64,000 bases of DNA, taken from the human T2T-CHM13v2.0 reference genome, Homo sapiens. A program made the translations under genes and the position numbers. The notes under the pieces were generated by a model that saw nothing but the letters and a program-made list of their open reading frames with translations, made no database searches and was not told where the DNA came from. Where the stretch lies: assembly GCF_009914755.1 (NCBI RefSeq), contig NC_060933.1; one strand, written 5' to 3'. This document shows positions 27,701 to 38,984 of the stretch, one piece after another (position 1 is the first letter of the stretch; every line of letters begins with the position of its first letter).

Positions 27701-28351
27701 AGAAAGAGCCTCAACTCACCACTGCTTGGACCACCCCACAATAGCCCCACTCCTTTTCTGACCAGGACAAGAAAGGGGCTCCTGAGGGAAAGGGTTTCTA
27801 ATAGATCCATCCTGGGATACCTTGGAGGCACTAAAAAAAGAAAAAGAAAGAAAGAAAACCAATTCTGTTCTGGTGATGTTTATGTGGGCTTTTTAAGAAT
27901 GTCCAGGCTCCCGTCCAGTGGTGGCTGCTGTTTCTCGGTGGCAGAGATGATGCCTGGTTTATTCTTAGTAAAGTGCTTAGGACGCTGAGCCTGAGGGGCT
28001 CTGGAATGGAAAAACAAAACAAAACAAAACAAACCGGAGGCCCGCTCTGCCTGGCTCCTAGAGACACGCAAAGCTGGGCAAAGGAAGGAGATTGAGGTGG
28101 GACTGAGACATTGTTGCATTGTGAATGCCCCGGTTCCCCACCTCCTGCCCCCCGAATCATGATTGTTTTATGCGGTTATTTTTCCCTTTGGTGAGGAAAA
28201 TGGGATGTGGTGTCAATTACTGGGAAAAATATACAAAGTCCTAATGGCTAATCTATTCTTCTAAGTATGTGGAAGGCTACTACACCGAAGAGACTTGATC
28301 TAATTGTATAATAAAACTCAAATCATTTCCAGCCAGATCGGACATGCCAGG

Positions 28352-28378
28352 GCTGCTGCTGCTGCCGCCGCCGCTGCC
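28352..28378. repeat. Short (GCT)4(GCC)3 trinucleotide run
   Basis: gctgctgctgctgccgccgccgctgcc. Confidence 0.9.
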
Positions 28379-28679
28379 CTGGGCAAGAGAGAGGTGAGCT
28401 GACCCTGGAAATTGCTTGTGGGTAAAATCAGCAGAGGATCTGAAGGCAGTCGGGAATACGGCTGCGGGGAGCAATGAGGGACCATAAAGATGTTGTACTG
28501 TAAATAGTATCTTCTTGTTTTATGTGTCTCCGTGGTGGCAGTTGTTTTCTCGGCTAGAACGTCTATGTCAAGAGCCTAACCTTGGAGAAAAATCCACAAT
28601 ACTGCTCCATGATGTTCTCTCCCTTCTTCCCTGGACTCGTCGTTTATAGGTTGTCATTTAAAAAACTCACAGCGCCAAG

Positions 28680-28845
28680 CGTTTTCACATAATTTGTCTC
28701 ATTTAATTTCATCCTCCCGACAACCCTCCCAGGAAAATCCAATTATCATTTTACAGATGAAAAATCTAAGGGAGGCTAAGTTGTCCAAAGTTTCATGGCT
28801 AAAAGATGATGGTGCCAGGACTCAAACTCAGGCTTTCTAACTCAT
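28680..28845 (-). mobile_element. MIR relic
   Basis: 'ctcatttaatttcatcctcccgacaacc...cattttacagatgaaaaatctaagg...ccaggactcaaactcagg'. Confidence 0.7.
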
Positions 28846-29907
28846 GTTGGCCTTTTCTGCTCTTCCACAGCTGTCCCAGTTTGGGGCCAGCAGGCCCCCT
28901 TTGCAAAGCCCTGTTAAGTGATTTTGGTGTCAGGGCATGGTGGAGACCTGAGGCTTGGGAGCAAGGTGTGTGCAGTGTGGAGCTGGTGGAAACACATTTC
29001 CTAAAATTAGCTTTCTCCTTTCAACTCTTTCTGATCTGATCTAAAAACATGAAAAGGCTCACAACCACCCGCTTGCATGTAAATCCAATGACAGCTTCTA
29101 AGGCCACCACAAAAGGCAAAGCCTCTGTTTATTTAAGCATTGGGATTTAAAAAAAAAAAAAAAAGAAAAATACATCTGGGAGTAGAAGTCATTGGGTTAT
29201 AAATGAGCTCTCGCCCCACCAAAGAAAAAAATAATAATTATAATAAAAATAATGGCACCATATTCTCTGATAAACCAGTGCCAGAAAAGCTCTTGGGGAT
29301 CAAGTTTTGTCAGTCCCCAGCTTTTACCAATTTAAATTCTTGGCAGAGTATTAAAAAAAAAAAAAAAAAGTATAAGGTATTTGAAACTTCAGTCCCTCAG
29401 GTACTAAATCTAGCGTTTCCTGGCAATAGATGAATGTTGCTGGAGTGAAAACCTAGCACCACAGGACCATATCTCCACGGCTGTTCGTATTTATACTTAA
29501 CAGACAAATATGTCATTCTTTCCGGATCCCTTTATGGGGCCAATTTTTTTTTTTCCTAATGTGTTACCCACCTACTTCTGATAAAAACGAAGACCAATGA
29601 AGCCCAGGACACAGACTTTGAGTTAGCAGGATGCTCTTTGGTATCAAAAACCATGTTTTCCCCCAGCTGCTTAATTCCCTAAGCCACAGGTATAATAAGG
29701 TAGGAACAGGATTCTAGATACACAAACCTCGGTGGAGATTGTGAGCAGGCGCAGGATCGATGTAGCCTGATGACATTCATTCCCTGGTCTCTTCACATGT
29801 TCTTGTTCTTTATGAGTTGGTTGTGATCCACAGAGAGAGTTGGAACTGAGATGATTTTGCCAGAACTTGGGTTGGCAGAGGCTGTGTGACTCTTTCTGGG
29901 CAGTTAG

Positions 29908-30349
<442 letters not shown>

Positions 30350-33300
30350 TATTCTCCTTCTAATTAAGTTTCTTCTCTTTTCTCTCCTCTAACCCCTGCT
30401 AATGGCATTAAGCATAGTCTGGAAATATCTCAGATTATTCACCTCCCTGAGTCTACAGACCCCATTTCAACCTTCATCATATAAGAAGGGAAGAGGACAA
30501 TTGAACACCTACTATCTTTTGGGCTCTGTGCTTACTCCTTACCCACCTTTAAACTTGTATAATGAAACTTACAAGCCTCATGGAGAAAGGAATGGAATTA
30601 ACATCTTAAGTACTTTGAGACCCTGAAAAACACTGCATAAAATATTGCAATGGGACATGTCCATTTCTTTGTCCAATCTAGAGTTTCATATTTTTGTAAG
30701 TAAGTGGAAAATGCATCCTTTAACTTTCAGAAAAATGAGTTTTCAGTAAAAGTGTTAAGATATCTCAACCCTCTGTACTTCATAAAATATTTATACCATA
30801 ACGTGAGGGACACAGAGATGTCTCAGCAGGAATGGAAAATAACTGGGGTGAGGATTTTCAATAAGAAGTTGCCACGGGAACTTTCCACATATTCTGTGAG
30901 TACCACGTAAGCTTTAGCCCACACAGCAGCCTTTCCCTAGCTCAGGCTGATGAGATGCTACTCAGCTGTCTAAGGCAGCCTGAGAACCACAGCATCTTCT
31001 CATAACAGCAACAAGGTCGACTTTTCTTTTCGTTCTCCTGCTCCCAAAATAAGGCAGCTGCCCAAGGCAGCCTCTTGCTCTCTGCCCTTTCTTTCTATTC
31101 CCTTTATAGAGTTTCTCATCTATTCTCTCAATTTCAGCCATGCCCCATGCTGACCCCTCCTTAGGGTCTCAGTCCTATGTGCTTAGCTGCTTGTGGGACA
31201 TTTAAACATGCTGGCCTCACTTCAAACTCAACATGCCCCAAAACAAACCCTTTTCCTCCCACAGTTTGATATTTGAGCCAATGTCCCCAATTTTCTGGAT
31301 ACGCACATCTGAAATACCAAAACTATTCTCACTCTCTTGTCTTTCCTAGTACTAACAATAGTTCCCATGTATTAATAATCATACCTAACTTTAATTAGAT
31401 TCTTCCATATGCCATGGTCATTTCATAGATGAGGAACAAGCTCAGAGATGGGAAGGGACTGGCCCAAGGTCACCTCACTGCCTGTGGTGCTACAAGAAGT
31501 GGGTTTCAATTCTGATCTTGGTCTGCCCCTCCGCAGAGCCTACACTCACAATCTCTCCATACTTTGTGGCAATCAGGCAGATCCCCTTCAGTTCTTCCCA
31601 AGAAATATCTCTTGAAGTCATAAACGCTGGTCTATTCCCAGTTCACCTTGTCCCTCACCACCTTTCTCCTGGACTGATTTCCCCAGCACCATGATTTCCC
31701 TGGCTTCAACCTTTTTTCATCAGGAACAACATCAAGAGCTCATCTTAAGGTGCTGTGTTTACCATACTGAGCAAGAAGCAAACTCCAGTGGTTCCCAGGA
31801 GAGCAGCCTTGCCCAAACTATGTTCCTGGAGTATTTCACACACATCCCCTTGTTGGAGGAGAATCTGCTCTGTGCCAGGAAGTCAATGAGACAAATGAAT
31901 GAACCTTTCATGGTAATAAAAAAGTAGACATTGAATGAAAGTTGCATAGGTGATGAATGTTTCGAAGAAAAATACAGAATGCTTTTGGGAGCCCCTGAAA
32001 GGTGAGCCAATCTCACCTAGCTGTCTGGTCAGGGAGGTTTCTTTGAAGAAGATCCAAATGCTGTTTATGGGTGTATACTGGGTTGAGGAAAGCTAAAGAC
32101 ATGTCTTTGTTCTAGGTCTTCTCAGAGTGTGACAATGTGCTAGAGTGTAGTATGACTTTTTTGAGGGGATGACTTTGTACACAGCGTCTTCCAAGTGTCC
32201 TTCACGTTGCTGCCCTCTTTTGTGAAGCATCTTAGAGGGCGAGTGTTCCACAGCATACTAGTTTAAGAAAGAAAGACTGCCCTAGAGGATAAAGTCCAAG
32301 TTTGCCATCCTGGCCTTGGTGTTCCAAACACAATGACTAACTTGACTTGAATAACGTTGCCCTGCCCTGCCCATCCACCTCACCTCCTGTTTGTTAGTGC
32401 ATCCCCTTCCGCATTAGTGCAGCCATTTGCCATTAACGTGGCTCTGTGCTGCTCATCAGACACCCAGGCCCCCATCCCACAGAGAATACTGCCTTTTCCC
32501 TGACCCTTGTCAAGTCATTCTCCACTCTCTAAGGTCCAACTGGAAATTCCTACTGCAACCAAGAAAACACTGTTTCCCTTTCACTTTCTTAGTTCATGTG
32601 GCTCTTGCATTTTTTGCAGTCCTCTAACCCTTAGCTATGTGATTCAATTAGATTAGGTAGATATTGGAATCTAAAGACCTTGGTTCTAGTCCCTGCTGTG
32701 AATCCACTCTGTGTAACCCTATGCTCTTGGCCTTTCTAAGTTTCAGCTTTCTCATCAGTAAAAAAGAAATATTGTTCCCTCAGAAGCTGAATTGGTTTTT
32801 CCTTTAAGAAGTGTTTGTTTAAAAAAAAAAAAAAAATGAATGTGGAGAGAACACATCTTTGCAGAAACCCTCTCTCTTGGTCTTTGAGCTAGTCCATCCA
32901 GGCTCTGTGCAGAACTCTCCATGAGTTCTCCATGAGTCCAGTCATCACGTTTTCGTTGTTTCCCTCAACTCTGCTTCTCTGTTCCCAATACTTTTATCAA
33001 AGGAATGAATCAAAGAAAAACAGTAATGAATCTAGTAAAGCAGATGATTGGAGGCTAGGAGCGGTGTGATTGGCCTGACAGTTGGGGACTGGGTGCCGTG
33101 GGAGGACTGATGTGAATCCACGTGTGAGATTCAGCTGCGTATTGATCAAGTCCATTTGCACGTGAACCTCATCATCAGCTCCTGCTTAAGCCCTAGCTTC
33201 CCCGGTAATTGACTCTCGCATATTGATTAAGATGTTGATGTGTCCCAGGATTTCTCGGTGGTGATGCAGGCGCGCCTCTCGGCAGGCCAGGCTGGCAAAG

Positions 33301-36116
33301 CTCTTGCTGCACGGCTGTCACCAGGCACTCCTTAATGGATAAAGCTGTCATCTGAGAGCTGGAATATCTTGCAGGCACAAAGACGAAATTAACTGTTCAA
33401 TAATGTATGGGACACGGAAAAAACTTTACCCAACAACTCGAATTGATTGCTGTAAGTGTTTTGACTGCACTTGCCTGCTTTGCATAAAGTCAGTGACTTT
33501 GGCAAGCCTGATGTTCACGTACATCCATTTCTCAGCCTCTTGCAGAATAAGAGGAGTTGAGAGACTTCAGCGGCTGCCAGGAATGGGCTGTCTGGAGGGA
33601 AGGGGGAAAAGGGGTTGGGGAGTAGATGGCACCACTGACAGACACCTCTCCCTTGAGAGCCTTCAGTGATCTCTGAGCTTTAAAACGATGTGTTACTGGC
33701 AGTTTATTGGAATCTTGCTGGAATGGATCATCTTGGGCGAGTTGGGTGAATCACTGGGTATGGAATTCCTGGAGCTCTGTGTCCTCACTTTGCCCCTGGC
33801 TTGCCTCCTCCCCTTCCCTGTTAGGCTGGGACCTCTTGCAGAGAGAGGCTGTCAGTCAGACTTATGGGAGGAGGTCTGTTCTTGGTCACACATTTAACAC
33901 CAGTTTGATAAACAATTTTCATGCATTTAAGTTGGACCCTGCTTATTATTTGGGACTTGGTCAAACGCATGCTGTCTAACGATCCCACAGGTACTAGAAA
34001 CCACTGTATGTGTCTCCTCCACTTCTCCCTCTTTAACCTGGAAAAGGGGAAAAATACCAAGGTACAAAGCTATACTCTACATGTTTTCTGCCAAGCTCAG
34101 CCCTTTAAAAACATAACAGGATCCTTTGAACATAGCTCTGTTTTATCACAGGATCTTTATTGAAGTTTTAATCAACACAAGCAGCTGACAAAATAGGAGA
34201 CTGTAGATTCGGCTGTACATTATGTATCTTCCTTGTGAGCCTGAAAAAAAATCATAACATTAAAAGAAGAGAAAATAAACAGCCTCATTTAAAAAACAAA
34301 CGAATCCCACCAAACCAAGGAAATCCTTTCGCACCCGAAGGAAGGCCTGCCGCGTGGCGTGCCGACTGCAGTCCTAGAGTTTGGAGCCTCATGGAGATCA
34401 TTACCATAAAACAAATAACCATCTCGTTTTTGTCACCCACTATGAGTGAACTCAAAACCTCAGGCCCACGTCCAGAGATTCCTTCTCCACAGGCTCAGCC
34501 AGCTACGAAGGGAAGAGGGTACCAGCCCCTGTGTCCAAATCCTTATCCTTTTCTTGGTCCAGCCGCTGTGCCATGGATCTGGATGGTGACTCATCATTCT
34601 GCCTGGCAGAGTCCCCTCCTCACCACTGCCTCCATCTCCTTTACTTGCTTCCTTTCTTCCCAAAGGAAGGGTCTCCACTTAGTGTGTGAGGGAGCACTGG
34701 ATGAGAGGGAGGAATGCTTTCCTCTTTCTATCCCAATCTTGGGTCCCTTTTTGAAGCCCTTCTGCTGTCTTGCACTCCAAGAAAGGTGTCTCCCGGGCCT
34801 GCACAGTGATGTTATTTCCACAACTGGTGCATGGAAACTGTTGAAGAGATGGATCCTGGGGGCTGCAGCCCAACTAGTGGGACTCCTGCTTTTCTGGCCA
34901 AAGTGACATCTCTTTTCACTGAGAAAGGAAGCTAAGGCAAGGTCAAAGAGGCCTCAGGGGCAGGGGGTGCCATGGAGTGTTGTGATGGAGAGCCAGGCTC
35001 TTGGGTTGTTTAGATCTGGATTTGAATCTCAGCTCTGCCTCTCACAAGGTATGGGCCTAGCACCTGGTAAGGTTCTCAAAATAGGCATTGACAAAAGGAA
35101 TGCATAGGGAGGAGAAGGATGGGCAGGATGTGGTCCAGATGGGGCACCCAAGCAAGGAGGACATACAAAGTGTGAGAAAGATGAGCTGGATATGGTTCCT
35201 CAGAAAGGTTTCTTGAAATAACAGATGAATACCTATTGGCCCAGAAGCATTCAAAGGTCCAAGCTAGGACTAAGCACACTGGGGACGGGAGGATTGGCCT
35301 GAGCATCCTCGGGGAGTCTGGAGGGTTGTGTGGTGCCACAGGCACTGTTGGAGAGCCTCAAAGGCCAGATGGGGCCTGGGAATGAGCATGTGATTCTTAA
35401 ATAGGACAGTGGCAGGATCTGTCCTTTGGGAATGATTACTTGGCCATAGTGGAATGATGGTGAGTGGGCCAGCAGGAGCCTAGACACATGCTTTGTCCAG
35501 GATGGCCACCTTGTGTTGGGTATTAAGGGCCAGAGCTAAGACTGTCAGCATCACATAAGGAAATGACACGGTCTTGGCAGGTCTTGGGGGAGATGGCTGC
35601 CCAGCCATCCTGATCCTATGAATACTGTGGTGGCATTCATATCAGAGTTTCCGTCTAAGCATAAAGATTTTCCAGGAAGCTTCCCTGGAAGTTCTGTTTC
35701 TGTGCATCTTATCAATTTGCAACCACATCCAGGGAACTGGGCCAGTAGGCCAAGACTTCTTCCTGTCATCCTTCCCCTCCCTTGCTTTCCTCAGTTACTT
35801 GTTCCCTGTGTGCTCTGGCAGACGGTGGAGATACAATGATGAGACACACCAGGTTCCTCATCCCAGATGTTCTCGGCCCAAAGGAGAGAGACAAACCCAT
35901 AGGCAGGCATGGCCAAAGTGCAGAGGAGGCCAAGAGAACAGGATGACTAACTCAAATGAGAAGCATAGTTCATAGAGACTCATAACTCCCTATTGATCAA
36001 GGGTACAGAGGAACTTGGCCTCTCCAAAAAAGCAAGAGAGGTTCCAAACCTTCCTCATTGCAGTGGGATGAAAGATTGGGAGAAAACAGAAGAAATACAC
36101 AGACGGGTATGATTGG

Positions 36117-36481
36117 GTCTTATCTGAGTCCATTTGTGCTGCTGCAACAAAATACCACAGACTATGTCATTTATAAATAATAGCAATGTGTCTCTTATAG
36201 TTCTAGAGGCAGGGAAGTCCAAGACCAACGTGCCAGGTTTGGTGTCTGGCAAGCCCTTGCCTCTGCTTCAAAGATGGCCCCTTGTGCTGAGTCCTCACAT
36301 GGCGGAAGGGAGAGCAGAGGTGGGTGGGGTGAACTCGGTTCCTCAAGCCCTTTCTATAAGGGCACTAATTCCATTCATGAAGGCTAATCACCTCCAAAAG
36401 GCCCTACCTCGTAATGCTGTTGCATTGGGAATTAATTTTCAATATGCATTTTGGAGCAACACAAACATTCAAACTACAGCA
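36117..36481 (-). mobile_element. MLT1A-like (ERVL-MaLR) solo LTR
   Basis: 'gtccatttgtgctgctgcaacaaaataccacagact...ttctagaggcagggaagtccaagacc...ggcactaattccattcatga...acacaaacattcaaactacagca'. Confidence 0.85.
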
Positions 36482-37135
36482 GATCCATCCAGGCATGTGA
36501 TTTGGTAGAAAACCCAGGCAAGCCCAGCCACAGCAGCTCATTTGAGCACTCGGGCCTGTGAGAGGCCACTTCGGAGTCAACACACAGGTAAAGGATTCGC
36601 AGAAAAACTTTGCAATTATTCTGGCCACCTTTAGCTTCTAGATTTCTCTGGGATACAGAAAGTACTTGCGCTTCAGCCTTAGGGAAGAGGAGTAAATTAA
36701 TTAGGTCAGAACTGCATTTTGTCCTCATGGGTAAAAGGGGGGAATTGTCGCAGAGCTTAGGTAACCAATGGCCAACTCCCCCATTCTGTCTCAGGGCAAT
36801 TACAGTAAGTGATGTGAAGTGGTGAGAATGGAAATGATTTATTCGGAGAACCTTGTCAGTACTGCTGTTAAATCATTTGTATTTCATTATGGGCCATGAG
36901 TGGGCTAGACTACATTCCTTTGCTTCAGGCCCCCTGTGCCATTTCCACAACTGGTTATTTCAGTTGACAATTAACAGGAAATGATGCTAACAGCCCCAGG
37001 GTGGTCACTTTTCTGAGGGACTCTGCGTATTAAGTTTCAATTACTTAGAGTCTCCCATCTAAGTCCCCAAAAGGAAATGAACTGCTTCTATAGTTGTCAC
37101 AGAAAACCAGTTACTTTTTTTTTTTTTTTTTTTTA

Positions 37136-37275
37136 ATCTTTCCCAGTCTCTGTTTTGTCAGTCAAGTTTCAGGAAGTTAAACTAAGAGTTAAACCTAAGG
37201 TTCTTTATCTTTCCCAGTCTCTGTTTTGTCAGTCAAGTTTCAGGAAGTTAAACTAAGAGTTAAACCTAAGGTTCT
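37136..37275. repeat. Perfect tandem duplication: two identical 69-bp copies, period 71
   Basis: 37136-37204 is identical to 37207-37275 (atctttcccagtctctgttttgtcagtcaagtttcaggaagttaaactaagagttaaacctaaggttct). Confidence 0.97.
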
Positions 37276-38336
37276 CTGGGGTCTCATCTGTAAGAAACTC
37301 ATCTATTTCTTCTACAATCCAAACTCCAAAGACAAAGTCAAAAATGAAAAGCATAAGAAGCAAATCATAATGCTGAAGAAAATAGTGTTTGTCTTTTTCC
37401 CTTCAATATTTAAATCTCATGTTATGGAGAATGCTGTCAGCAGAGAACCCAGCATTTCCTGCTCTGATGGTCTCCATGCTCTTTCCTTCTTTTCTGAAGA
37501 CTGCTGCTTCAGGACCACGGAATAGGATGTGTTGGTTCCCAGGGCAATGTAGCAAACGGAGGTCCCGCCCAGACAGGCAGGATGTGCAGCAGTTTCTGCC
37601 GACCGCGGCCGTCGCAGCTGCTGTGGTGCCTTTCTGCTAAGACAGCGAGCAGTGTCTGTTTGAAGTCTGTTCTTTGGAAAGGAGACCCAAGAGAACTTGA
37701 GCTGGGCTTGTCTGGATATCAAAGTCCAGATTAAAAATTTATTCTAGTGTTTGAAAAATTCCTGGCCAAAACCTTCATATGGATTTAAAAAATACAAACT
37801 CCCTGCTTTCTTCACTGTCTCCGATTGAGGACGAGAGGATTTATTTCTAAAAAGAAAAAATGAAAGCGAGGCCGAATAGTTCCATAAAAGAGCTCAGGTC
37901 AGACGGCCTTTTAGCTAAATCTGTAAGAAAAGTAATATGTTAAACCACTTTGGGCAACTGGGAAGCACTTGTATTAGTTATCATTTGTGAATCTTTGTTT
38001 TTCCCCTTTCCTATTGCATGTCGGATCACCTGGCTCTTTTTGCTGGATGTAAAGGGTGAAGAAAGAGAAAGAGTTTCTATTCCGTATCCCATACTCCTAC
38101 CCCATTAGACAGAAAAGTAGAGGAGAAAGCTTTGTTTAAAAGTTGTGATATTGGGAGGGAAAAAAAAGATTGCCAAGCAAGCAGATAATGTAATAGTAAT
38201 TATGAAATTATTGATAAAAAGAACATAAAAATCATTAGGCCAAAACAGAAAAAAATTAAGGAAAGAGTGAACATTTAAGCAATAAAATTAAACCAAGGCC
38301 ATTAACAAAATATACAGAAGAAGTAGAACTACCTGA

Positions 38337-38700
<364 letters not shown>

Positions 38701-38984
38701 TGAAATGCTGAAATAGAAGTTGAGAATGAGAAATTAGCTCCAAGGGCAAAACAACTAGATGAAGGATCAGGATGAATATATCAAGTTTAGATTGAAAGCA
38801 AAGGGCTGAATAGAAGAAAGTGATAGAACCATGTCAACAGACAGAAGCAATGGCAACTATGAAGGCAGACAGCCCCAGAACTACAAAGACACAAAGCAGC
38901 CTGCAAAAATGAATGCTAAGCCTTAAATGAATTCATACAGATCCTCTGGTAAAGGGTTTTTGCTATTGTGGTTGTTTTGATAAA

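Noticed and set aside
27316-27831. 171-aa minus-strand ORF
   Set aside because: Its 'start' is a GTG overlapping the splice-acceptor AG. Only the first 111 nt look exon-like and the peptide is unrecognisable.
34235-34906. 223-aa ORF on the + strand
   Set aside because: Non-ATG start, no recognisable domain and no evident exon structure; a length attainable by chance in 64 kb.
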